In this document: one piece after another, positions 1 through 7,808 of the stretch | Layout of the letters: each line of letters opens with the position of its first letter | Position numbering within the stretch: the first letter of the stretch is position 1 | DNA from: a virus | Lineage: Duplodnaviria; Caudoviricetes | Length of the DNA: 40,853 nucleotides | IMG/VR virus record: IMGVR_UViG_3300048850_000030 | Coordinates: 1-40,853 of that record | Direction: 5' to 3' (one strand) | The notes under the pieces: generated by a model | What the model was told of the DNA's origin: nothing | The model's input: the letters and a program-made list of their open reading frames with translations, nothing else | Databases searched by the model: none | Made by a program: the position numbers and the translations under genes

Positions 1-1
1 C

Positions 2-163
2 CTCGCGACGATGAAGGCCCCGCCTCCGAAGGCGCTGCGGCCGAAGACAAGCGGCTCTGGATCGCACTGCTTTGCCGTTTACCCGCCTGAGATGGTCCCG
101 CTGATCGAGCGCATCATCGGCGAACACAAGGCTGCGGCTGCCCGGCAGGGGAGCCTTTTCTGA
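2..163 (+). CDS. Partial (5'-truncated) phage protein ending in QGSLF
   Basis: Frame open from base 2 to TGA 161-163, which overlaps the next ATG (TGATG). Confidence 0.6.
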   Translation, partial: LATMKAPPPKALRPKTSGSGSHCFAVYPPEMVPLIERIIGEHKAAAARQGSLF

Positions 164-399
164 TGGCTGTCCGCCCGAAGCTCGTCGGCGATCCCGAGCA
201 CATCGATCCGCTGCTTGCGCTCGGCGCCGATGAGCCTGCGCCGCAGCCCGGCGTTCAAGAGCACTGCCACGTCTGCGGTCTCGTGAACGGCGGCTGCTTT
301 GGCTTCGGCGTGCTGCGTGGCCACCGCGGCGTGTGGGCCTGCGAGGAAGCGGGCTGCCGGGCCGAAGCGAAATCCAGAGCCAATAGGAGAGCGGCATGA
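163..399 (+). CDS. Small Cys/His-rich phage hypothetical protein
   Basis: CHVCG...WAC..C; stop/start overlaps on both sides. Confidence 0.7.
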   Translation: MAVRPKLVGDPEHIDPLLALGADEPAPQPGVQEHCHVCGLVNGGCFGFGVLRGHRGVWACEEAGCRAEAKSRANRRAA

Positions 400-611
400 G
401 TGTCGTGAGCCTGCGCGCTGAGCGCGATCGGCGAGAGACGGAGGCGTGGGACCGCTACGTCGCAGCCAAGTCGCTCGCCGACAACACGCACAACATCGAG
501 CATGGCCGCGCTGCCGCGAAGGCGTGGGGCGAGTTCATCGACCTGTTCACCACCCCGGCGCAGGCCGAGTTCATCGGCAATTCGGTGGAGCGGTTCGGGA
601 GGCGCGCGTGA
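396..611 (+). CDS. Phage hypothetical protein
   Basis: ATGA overlap, AGGAGA RBS, GTGA overlap with dnaB. Confidence 0.75.
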   Translation: MSVVSLRAERDRRETEAWDRYVAAKSLADNTHNIEHGRAAAKAWGEFIDLFTTPAQAEFIGNSVERFGRRA

Positions 612-2014
612 ACGCGACCTCGGACATTGCAGAGATCCAGCCCCCTCACGCCATCGACTGCGAGGAAGCGCTTCTTGGCGCCATCCTGCACAACCCCGCC
701 GCCCTCGATGGCGTACGCGGCCTCGTGGACGTGTCCGATTTCTTCCAACAAGCCAACGCCGTGCTGTTCGAGGCGATGTGCGCGCGTCGTGACGCTGGCG
801 AGCATATCGACATCAAGCTCGTGAAGACGGCGGTTGGGGATCAAGACCTCGGCGGCGTCACGGTCTTTCAGTACCTCGCACGCATCGCTGCTGAGGCGGC
901 GACCGTCATCAACGCACCCGGCTACGCGAAGGCTATCCGCGACGCTGCCCGCATGCGGACGATCTTCGAAACCGCCCGCTCGGCGATCGACGCCATGACC
1001 TCGGGCGCCATCACCGATCCCGGTGAGTACGCGTCTTGGATGATCCAGGAGCTTGATAGCGTCGTCACGTCGGGACAGTCCCGCAGCGTCAAGCGCATGC
1101 GGCTCGGCGACAGCGCCGCGACGGTTCTGGATCGCGTTCGCGAGGCGCAGGCGGGCCGGATACGCAAAGGCGCCCCCTTCGGCCTCCCGAGCCTCGACCG
1201 CGCAACGCTCGGCATGCGGGACGATCAGCTCATCATCATGGCTGGGCGCCCCGGCATGGGCAAGACGACGGCTGGCCTGCACGTCTCACTTGCCGCTGCT
1301 AGGGCCGGCTACGGCACGGGCTTCGTCTCGCTGGAGATGAACGACGTTGAGTTGGCCGAGCGCGCCCTTGCCGCCGCCGCCTACACCAGCCGTGATCCGA
1401 TCAGCTATCGCGCCATCGCGGAGGGTAGCAAGATCGATGAGGCCGCCTTCCGGCGCCTGGATACGGCTCGCCGCGAACTCGACCAGCTGCCCTTTGAGAT
1501 TGAACAGCAGCCGGGTCTCACGGTCGCTCAGATCGCTTCCCGCGCCCGCAACCTGCGCACTCGCTTTGAGCGGCAGGGCATGTTCCTCGGCCTGCTGGTG
1601 ATCGACCACATCGGCCTCATCAGCCCCTCCAAGCGCTACTCCGGCAACCGTGTGCAGGAGATGACCGAGATCTCCGGCTCGCTGAAGCGGCTGGCCAAGG
1701 AACTCGGCATTCCGATCCTGGCACTCTCGCAGCTCAATCGCGTTTCGGAAACCCGGCCGGACAAGCGCCCCATCCTGTCCGACCTCCGCGACTCTGGCTC
1801 GATTGAGCAGGACGCTGACGTGGTGATCGGCCTGTTCCGCGAAGCCTACTACCTCGAACACGTCGCCGAGCCGACGCCGGAGCAAGTCGATCGGCTGGAG
1901 CGTGTTCGCGACACCTTGGAAATCGAGATCCTGAAGCAGCGTAGCGGCCCGACGATCCGCGTCGAGTGCTTCTGCGATGTCTCCTGCAATGCCTTGGCGG
2001 AGATGGGCCGATGA
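608..2014 (+). CDS. dnaB: Replicative DNA helicase, DnaB family
   Basis: PPHAIDCEEALLGAIL N-terminus, Walker A GRPGMGKT, SLEM, VIDH, LSQLNR, RPILSDLRDSGSIEQDAD; likely start GTG 608. Confidence 0.97.
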   Translation: MNATSDIAEIQPPHAIDCEEALLGAILHNPAALDGVRGLVDVSDFFQQANAVLFEAMCARRDAGEHIDIKLVKTAVGDQDLGGVTVFQYLARIAAEAATVINAPGYAKAIRDAARMRTIFETARSAIDAMTSGAITDPGEYASWMIQELDSVVTSGQSRSVKRMRLGDSAATVLDRVREAQAGRIRKGAPFGLPSLDRATLGMRDDQLIIMAGRPGMGKTTAGLHVSLAAARAGYGTGFVSLEMNDVELAERALAAAAYTSRDPISYRAIAEGSKIDEAAFRRLDTARRELDQLPFEIEQQPGLTVAQIASRARNLRTRFERQGMFLGLLVIDHIGLISPSKRYSGNRVQEMTEISGSLKRLAKELGIPILALSQLNRVSETRPDKRPILSDLRDSGSIEQDADVVIGLFREAYYLEHVAEPTPEQVDRLERVRDTLEIEILKQRSGPTIRVECFCDVSCNALAEMGR

Positions 2015-2952
2015 GTGAGCGGGGCGTCTTCGCCGTGGACCGCGGCATCTTCGATCACCCGTCCGTGGCTGGCGAAAAATACACAAAGGTGCAGGCCCTC
2101 ATGTGGCTGATCTCCGAGGCCGCCTGGAAGCCGCACAAGCGCACCGTTGGCTCGGTGCAGGTCGAGGTGCGCCGGGGGCAGGTTGCCTGCTCCCTCCGCT
2201 TCATGGCTCAGCGCTGGCAGTGGGAAGAACCTCGCGTCAGGCGTTTTTTAAGCCGTCTGAAAACCGACGCAGTGATCGACACAGCTAGCGACGCAGGGGT
2301 GACGGTCATAACCCTTTGCAATTACGACAGTTATCAACGTGTATCGCTTCCGACCGACGCACTTGCCGACGCACCTGCCGACGCGGAAACGACGCAGCAT
2401 CGACGCAAATTAGAAGACAAGGAAAACAAGGAAGATATCTCTGCGGGCAAGACCGCAAAGCGGATCGAACAGCATCTCGAGAAGTTCGCCGAGTTCGCCA
2501 GGGCCTATCCTCGGAAGAGCGTTTCCTTCCCGACGACGATGGCCCGCAAGCGCTGGATCGAGGCGATGAAGCGGGGCGAGAACCCCGACGAGATCGTGGC
2601 CGGCGCCAAGGCTTACGCGGCGGAGCAGGCCCAGGCCGGGAACGTTGGCTCGAAGTACATTAAAGGCGCCGACTCCTGGCTTTATCAGCAGGCGTGGAAG
2701 GATTTTGTCGGCAAGCAGCCCGTCGCGGCGCCGAGCCTGTTCGGCTCCGGCCCGTCGCAGGGCTGCAGCGATCATCTCGCCAATGTCTCCCCCGACCGCT
2801 GGCGCTCTGAAGTCCGCAACTGGAAGAAGACCGGTGGGCACTGGCCTTTTCAGCGCCTCGGCTGCCCCACGCCGGATCACCCCAACACGAAGGTGCCCCG
2901 CGCCATCCTGGCTGAGTTCGGCTTGGCCCCTCGCTCGGCGATCGCCGCATGA
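2011..2952 (+). CDS. Phage replication initiator-like protein
   Basis: RGQVACSLRFMAQRWQW...ITLCNYDSYQ N-domain and FARAYPRK...YIKGADSWL C-domain typical of phage replisome organisers; ATGA overlap with dnaB. Confidence 0.8.
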   Translation: MSERGVFAVDRGIFDHPSVAGEKYTKVQALMWLISEAAWKPHKRTVGSVQVEVRRGQVACSLRFMAQRWQWEEPRVRRFLSRLKTDAVIDTASDAGVTVITLCNYDSYQRVSLPTDALADAPADAETTQHRRKLEDKENKEDISAGKTAKRIEQHLEKFAEFARAYPRKSVSFPTTMARKRWIEAMKRGENPDEIVAGAKAYAAEQAQAGNVGSKYIKGADSWLYQQAWKDFVGKQPVAAPSLFGSGPSQGCSDHLANVSPDRWRSEVRNWKKTGGHWPFQRLGCPTPDHPNTKVPRAILAEFGLAPRSAIAA

Positions 2953-3299
2953 TCTGCCCCAAGTGCAGCGCCGACACGAAGGTCAAGGACAGCCGGCCCC
3001 ACCGTGAAGATGCGCGTGTCATCGTCCGCCGCCGTGAGTGCGACGGTTGCGGCCACCGCTTCAACACGCAGGAAGGCACGATCGATATCGTCCGCCAGCG
3101 GCAAAGCGGCACTCGCCGCATGAAGAGGCACAAAGCGTCTTGGACGGCTGAACAGCGCAAGCGGTGCCGTGAGGCCCCTACCATGCGCGAGTACGCGCGG
3201 CAGGAGGCGGAGGCCGCTAACCGCCCCGTCGAAGAGATCCTGCGCGAGTGGGGTTTGCCGACCCTTATCCCGCGTCGCTCCAGCCACCTCAACCCGTAG
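2949..3299 (+). CDS. NrdR-like N-terminal zinc-ribbon protein (no ATP cone)
   Basis: MICPKC..TKVKDSR..RRRECDGCGHRFNTQE matches the NrdR zinc ribbon. Confidence 0.85.
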   Translation: MICPKCSADTKVKDSRPHREDARVIVRRRECDGCGHRFNTQEGTIDIVRQRQSGTRRMKRHKASWTAEQRKRCREAPTMREYARQEAEAANRPVEEILREWGLPTLIPRRSSHLNP

Positions 3300-3318
3300 C
3301 CTTCGGAGGAAAGCCGCC

Positions 3319-4014
3319 ATGACCAACAAGGAACGCCAAGCCCTCCGCCGAGCCGCCGCCCGCGAGCGTGCTCAAAAACGGCGCGTGAGGCGCAAAGTGG
3401 CCGTCAACATGCAGTCGGTCAGGTCGGGGGCCTATTTGGCCGCCAGGGAGCCTCAGGATCGATTTATCGTGGACCCTAGCCGGACATGGTACGTCGTCCG
3501 CGCGCTTCCGCGGCGTGCAACGTGGGCTGCGGAGCAAATCGCGGCAGTCGGCATCCCGGTGTTCGAGGCCCGCGAGGCGGTGCGGCTCGTCTCGGAGATC
3601 GGCAAGACGCGGACGGCGATGATCCCGGTCCTGCGGCGGCTCCTGTTCGTCGGTGTGCGGAACCATGCCGAACTGACGAAGGCCGAGTCTCACCCCGGCG
3701 TGTACGACGATCGCACGGGCTTTGGCCGCAAGGGCACCGTGACCGGGCCGAGTGGACTGCCAATGGTGATCTCGCCGGAAGAGCTACAGAACTTCGCGGA
3801 CTGCATCACTGGTTACGGCGGGGACATCGAGGCGGCTCGACGCATCCTGTTCGCTATCGGTGACGATGTGGTCGTGGAGGAGGGCGCTTTCACCGGGCAA
3901 CCGGGCAAGGTGAGCCGCGTGGACGAGCGTACCGGGCGCGTGAAAGTCGATGTTCCATTCGCTGGCGGGTCGGTCGTTGTTGATGTCCCGGCGCAATCGG
4001 TGCGCGCCGCTTGA
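3319..4014 (+). CDS. nusG: NusG-family antiterminator paralog (NGN + KOW) with Arg-rich N-terminal extension
   Basis: WYVV NGN start, PVLRRLLFV, KOW FAIGDDVVVEEGAFTGQPGKV; GGAGGA RBS before ATG 3319; lies at the lambda-Q position. Confidence 0.9.
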   Translation: MTNKERQALRRAAARERAQKRRVRRKVAVNMQSVRSGAYLAAREPQDRFIVDPSRTWYVVRALPRRATWAAEQIAAVGIPVFEAREAVRLVSEIGKTRTAMIPVLRRLLFVGVRNHAELTKAESHPGVYDDRTGFGRKGTVTGPSGLPMVISPEELQNFADCITGYGGDIEAARRILFAIGDDVVVEEGAFTGQPGKVSRVDERTGRVKVDVPFAGGSVVVDVPAQSVRAA

Positions 4015-4042
4015 CAGAACGAAATAACAGTGCATGTATGTC
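4011..4042 (+). promoter_or_regulatory. Putative late (pR'-like) sigma70 promoter
   Basis: Perfect TTGACA at 4011-4016 overlapping the nusG stop, AT-rich spacer; -10 element ambiguous. Confidence 0.5.
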
Positions 4043-4630
4043 GGCAGGATACCCCTGCCGGCCAAGTCCTACCCCTCGGGGCAAGTTGACGGCTAGCATC
4101 GGCCCGGCCCACGGACCCCAAGGCCCGAGGCGCATGGGTTGTTGTCTCAAAATTCCAGTTTGGTGCGGTGACACGGTGAAAGGGCTTCGGCTCTGAGAGC
4201 GCACATAGACCCGCGCTCAATCTGCTGGCCGTAGGACGGTAAGGCCGTCATCGGGCGCGCAATGGGTTTGGTCCCGAGCGCCCGCTTGAAGGTTCGGCCG
4301 GTTCGCATTGTGGGGTTTCGTAGCAGGCCCCACCCGCACCAATCAGCGACCTCGCATCACGGCTGGACGCAAGCGCCAGATACGGGTGCGGCCGGGAAGT
4401 ACCCGGTAGGGGCAACGGCTGCCCTGGCAAGCCAGAGATGGCCGCCGTCGAATTTCCCAGATCCGCCCAGGCTCCGGTCAGCGTCTCAAGCTGCCAAGCC
4501 TTTTTGCACACCGATGCCTGACGGCTTGGGCGGGACAAGTTCGATGCGGTGCGCGCGTCAACGCCCCCGCGTGCGAGGGTGCTCCTGCCCGGAAGGATGG
4601 AGACGGCGTCGCATCGAAGTCCATCCCGCT
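4042..4630 (+). ncRNA. Putative long structured leader or ncRNA
   Basis: No credible ORF; at least 9 stems found by eye, incl. a C(UUCG)G hairpin at 4181-4194 and a 13-bp stem 4540-4552/4606-4618. Confidence 0.55.
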
Positions 4631-4643
4631 AGGAGAGAAACGG

Positions 4644-4817
4644 ATGCCGACCGCCTTCGACCCGGATGAGTGGAAAACGGTCAGCAAGGGCAATGCCGTG
4701 ATTTGGGTTCGGCGTTCTGCTGAAGAGACGGCTCGCATCAGGGCTGACCGTCTGCCGGGCCAGACTGAGCCTGAGGCTGACGCTCTTGCCCCTCGGGATG
4801 CTGAGTGCGGCCAGTAA
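4644..4817 (+). CDS. Small hypothetical protein (57 aa, MPTAFDPDEWK...)
   Basis: AGGAGA RBS at 4631-4636; translated by hand. Confidence 0.65.
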   Translation: MPTAFDPDEWKTVSKGNAVIWVRRSAEETARIRADRLPGQTEPEADALAPRDAECGQ

Positions 4818-4857
4818 GCCCGCCCCGTCATCGAAGCCCTCTCGCAGGACAAGCGCC

Positions 4858-4974
4858 ATGGATAGCAGCTTCGGCTCTCGCGTCGGCGCGCTTGACGTTC
4901 GGCGCATAGCCTATGCCGGCCTCGGCCTCGTGCTGCTGGTCGTCCTCGTGGTCGTGCTAGTGAGGGGCGTTTGA
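4858..4974 (+). CDS. Small single-TM membrane protein (38 aa)
   Basis: AGGA RBS; hydrophobic run AGLGLVLLVVLVVVLV. Confidence 0.55.
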   Translation: MDSSFGSRVGALDVRRIAYAGLGLVLLVVLVVVLVRGV

Positions 4975-5265
4975 TGCTGCTCAAGCTGCCGAGCGCCGCT
5001 GGCTCTGGGATGCGCGCCACGCTGTCTATGGCGGCCTTTCGGTTCTCGCCCCCTTCCTCGTTGTGTGGGGCCTGCTGATCGGCCTCACCGTCAACTGAAT
5101 GAACACCCGCCCCGCCTCCCTCTCCCAATCCACCCGAGAGACCAACACCCGCACGGCGGCTCGGTTCTCAAAGGCACACGGCATCCCGGCAGAGACGGCT
5201 TTGCGCGACACGGCACGGAAGAGACAGAGGCCGGCAACGGATCGGATGGCGGTGGGGGAGTGAGC

Positions 5266-5430
5266 ATGTGGGTCGCCGTCCTCGTGATCCAGCCCTGGTT
5301 CTGGGGCGAGCCTTCGATCCGCTTGCTGAGCCAGCGCGGTTGGGAAACGAGACAGGCGTGCGAACAGGTGCTCGCCATTGCCGATCCTGAGGGCGTTGCC
5401 GAGTGCCGAGAGATTACGAAGCGTCCATGA
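5266..5430 (+). CDS. Small hypothetical protein
   Basis: GGGGAG RBS; MWVAVLVI.. with two Cys; ATGA overlap with the next gene. Confidence 0.55.
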   Translation: MWVAVLVIQPWFWGEPSIRLLSQRGWETRQACEQVLAIADPEGVAECREITKRP

Positions 5431-5807
5431 CCTGTCTCCCCTCCGGCCTCGCCTCCATCTCCTCCCGCCTAGACGACACCCCGAATGTGAGGGGCGCTGC
5501 CGCGTTCGGGAGGATGGTGAGGGAGAACACTGGCCTGCAACGCGCTGTTGATGAGCACGCCCGGCTGGCTGTCTCTTCCGGGTGCGAAGGGCAGATCGAG
5601 GCCGTCGCTCGCGCTCTGTGGGCCTCTCGTGTTCGCCAAGCTGCCGCGCAGGGCATAGACCTTGAGCGGTGGGGTGACGGCTCGGTCCCGAAGGCCAACG
5701 GCATCATAGAAGACGCCGAGGCCGCTATCGCCGCCATCGACCGTCACGCTCAACTCGCCGTCTCGGCGGGATACCGCAGCGAGGATGTGCTATCGTCGGA
5801 CAAGTAG
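5427..5807 (+). CDS. Hypothetical protein with internal repeat
   Basis: ATGA-coupled start; IEAVARALW..AEAAIAAI; repeated AVDEHARLAVSSG/AIDRHAQLAVSAG. Confidence 0.6.
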   Translation: MTCLPSGLASISSRLDDTPNVRGAAAFGRMVRENTGLQRAVDEHARLAVSSGCEGQIEAVARALWASRVRQAAAQGIDLERWGDGSVPKANGIIEDAEAAIAAIDRHAQLAVSAGYRSEDVLSSDK

Positions 5808-6110
5808 CGCGCGCAGAGGTGTCGAGCATGCCGAAGTCCGATAAGATCGCCGTCACCTTCATTGAGCCGTTAGCGCCCACTGCTGAAGACCTCCACTTTC
5901 TCGGCAGCGGCTTGGTCCCGTTTAAGAGCGTTTCGCGGTCTGATCTTGCCGCGTCTTACCCAAGCGCGGATGAGGCGGAAGCCTTCTCCGACATGCAGCG
6001 CTTCCATAGTGAATTGGGCCGCCTGAAGCGCGAGGCAGAAGACGCCTTGAAGATGCCTCAGGGCCTCCTTCCGAAGTGATATTCGCCGCCTCCATCTCGG
6101 CGGGATACCG
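5761..6110 (+). repeat. 16-bp direct repeat TCTCGGCGGGATACCG at 5761-5776 and 6095-6110
   Basis: Exact match, flanking ORF 5819-6079. Confidence 0.85.
5819..6079 (+). CDS. Hypothetical protein
   Basis: ORF between the direct repeats; start 5819 or 5828. Confidence 0.55.
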   Translation: MSSMPKSDKIAVTFIEPLAPTAEDLHFLGSGLVPFKSVSRSDLAASYPSADEAEAFSDMQRFHSELGRLKREAEDALKMPQGLLPK

Positions 6111-6132
6111 TTCTGCCGATAGGCGCTGAGAC

Positions 6133-6363
6133 ATGTTCGATCATCTCTTCATGCCGCCCGACGATCTGTTGAAGATGCAGCAGGCGGCACAACAGATGGC
6201 TGCGATGCAGGCTCACATGACCGCGGCACAGGGACTTTGGGCTGCAAACGAGCGCGCTCGTACCAATGATGCTCAGCGTAACGACGTGATCGACCTCGTG
6301 CCGACTGCTGATGGTGTTTACGCCGTGCCTGTTGCGCTCGAACACCGCGTCCGCGCACTCTGA
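6133..6363 (+). CDS. Hypothetical protein
   Basis: Protein-like ORF directly upstream of terS. Confidence 0.6.
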   Translation: MFDHLFMPPDDLLKMQQAAQQMAAMQAHMTAAQGLWAANERARTNDAQRNDVIDLVPTADGVYAVPVALEHRVRAL

Positions 6364-6384
6364 TCTTGTATCAAGGAAATCAAA

Positions 6385-6732
6385 ATGCCCTCGGGTGGAC
6401 GACGCCCCGGTGCGGGCCGTCCGCAGGGAGCGAGGAACAAGCGAACACGGGAGATCGAGGCTGCGGCGGATGCGGCTCGTGAGGCGATCGCGGAGAAGAT
6501 CCCCGAAGCCTTTCAGGGCGACGCCCACGCGCTTCTGATGACGGTCTACAAGGACCCGTCTCAGGATTGGCCTCTTCGGATCGACGCGGCGAAGGCTGCG
6601 ATCAAGTTCGAGAAGCCGGCGCTGTCGAGCGTTGAGGCCCGCGTCGAGCACAGCTTTGACGACGTGCCGGACGAAGAGTTGGACGCCGCGATCCGCGATG
6701 CTGCTACTACCGCCGGATTGCTCGCCCATTGA
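6385..6732 (+). CDS. terS: Terminase small subunit
   Basis: GGRRPGAGRPQGARNK N-terminus, RIDAAKAA..EKPAL; AAGGA RBS; overlaps terL. Confidence 0.85.
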   Translation: MPSGGRRPGAGRPQGARNKRTREIEAAADAAREAIAEKIPEAFQGDAHALLMTVYKDPSQDWPLRIDAAKAAIKFEKPALSSVEARVEHSFDDVPDEELDAAIRDAATTAGLLAH

Positions 6733-7420
6733 TGCCAAGCGGCATCTGGCGCGGCTGCTGCAGGAGAAGGCGAAGCGGCGGGAGCGCACCAAGCTCCTGC
6801 ATCTCTACCCCGATAACGGCCCGCTCCGCCGCGAGCTGTACGCGAAGCACATGGCGTTCTTCCGCGCTGGTGCGACCGAGTACGACCGATGCATGCTCGC
6901 TGCGAACCGTGTCGGCAAGACATGGGGCGTCGGTGGGTACGAGACGGCGCTTCACCTGACAGGTCGCTATCCCGAATGGTGGGAGGGCCGGCGCTTCTCG
7001 CACCCGATCGAGGCGTGGGCGGCGGGCGACACGACGGAAACGACGCGCGACATCGTGCAGTCCACGTTGATGGGGCCGCAGGATCATCTTGGAACGGGGC
7101 TCATCCCGGCGAAGGATATCATCGGAGAGCCGAGCCGGCGGTCTGGTGTCACGGGCGCCTTTGATACGGCCCGCATCCGGCATGTGTCGGGTGGCGTCTC
7201 GCTCCTCGGCTTCAAGAGCTACGACCAGGGCCGGAAGAAGTTTCAGGGCACCGCGAAGCACTTAGCGTGGCTGGATGAAGAACCGCCGTCAGATGTATTT
7301 GACGAGTGTATGCTTCGTCTGATGACAACTAATGGCCTTATGCTGTGTACCTTCACGCCGCTTTCGGGTATGACTGAAGTCACCATGAGATACATGGCGG
7401 CTATGAAGAGTGGGGCGTGA
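6698..7420 (+). CDS. terL: Terminase large subunit, N-terminal ATPase part (split gene, part 1)
   Basis: Walker A AANRVGKT, FKSYDQGRKKFQG, Walker B AWLDEE, coupling motif TFTP; P22 gp2-like; stops shortly after TFTP; start approximate. Confidence 0.92.
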   Translation: MLLLPPDCSPIDAKRHLARLLQEKAKRRERTKLLHLYPDNGPLRRELYAKHMAFFRAGATEYDRCMLAANRVGKTWGVGGYETALHLTGRYPEWWEGRRFSHPIEAWAAGDTTETTRDIVQSTLMGPQDHLGTGLIPAKDIIGEPSRRSGVTGAFDTARIRHVSGGVSLLGFKSYDQGRKKFQGTAKHLAWLDEEPPSDVFDECMLRLMTTNGLMLCTFTPLSGMTEVTMRYMAAMKSGA

Positions 7421-7677
7421 TGGCTGCGGCGATCTCTTTCGCGGAAGCGCTCGACAGCAAGTATGACACCGGCCCCAGCGGCGCGTGGTTGTTCCTTGAT
7501 CTTGGCGCCACGCCAGCGCCAGCGTCTTTCCAGGCGTTTGTGAATAAGCCCGGTGAATGCTCGCCGCGGGAAGTCGCTGACCTCGTGGGGTATTTGCGCC
7601 GCCAACAGCGTCGGCAGGAAGCCTCGTATATGAAGGGCGGCGACATGGCTCGCTTCCGCGCCGAGGAATGGGCGTGA
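7417..7677 (+). CDS. Hypothetical protein inserted between the terL halves
   Basis: GTGA/TGATG coupling to the terL-N stop; begins MAAAIS. Confidence 0.7.
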   Translation: MMAAAISFAEALDSKYDTGPSGAWLFLDLGATPAPASFQAFVNKPGECSPREVADLVGYLRRQQRRQEASYMKGGDMARFRAEEWA

Positions 7678-7808
7678 TGGCAGCCGCCAGCGACGCCGAG
7701 AAGGCGCTTCTCCAGCGCATCAAGCGCCTTGAGCACACCATCGCACACGCCCGCCGTGACTTGGCTTGGGCTCGCGAGCAACTGGCGAAGGCTAAGGCCG
7801 CAGCGTGA
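7677..7808 (+). CDS. 43-aa coiled-coil-like protein inserted between the terL halves
   Basis: MAAASDAEKALLQRIKRLEHTIAHARRDLAWAREQLAKAKAAA; TGATG and GTGA overlaps on both sides; translated by hand. Confidence 0.7.
   Translation: MAAASDAEKALLQRIKRLEHTIAHARRDLAWAREQLAKAKAAA

Noticed and set aside
446-607. N-terminal extension of DnaB in the ORF track
   Set aside because: Overlaps ORF 396-611; DnaB similarity starts after the coupled GTG at 608
4260-4341. tRNA-like element ending in CCA within the leader
   Set aside because: GGTTCG is present but I could not build a cloverleaf with correct T-arm to acceptor spacing
7421-7804. Group I/II intron or intein in terL
   Set aside because: No recognisable intron core or homing nuclease; stop codons exclude an intein; the interval is filled by two coupled ORFs (RT-PCR would settle splicing)
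7415-7808. T4 gene 60-style ribosomal bypass joining the terL halves
   Set aside because: The matching GCG at 7803 is followed by TGA and is out of frame with terL-C, which has its own GTG start
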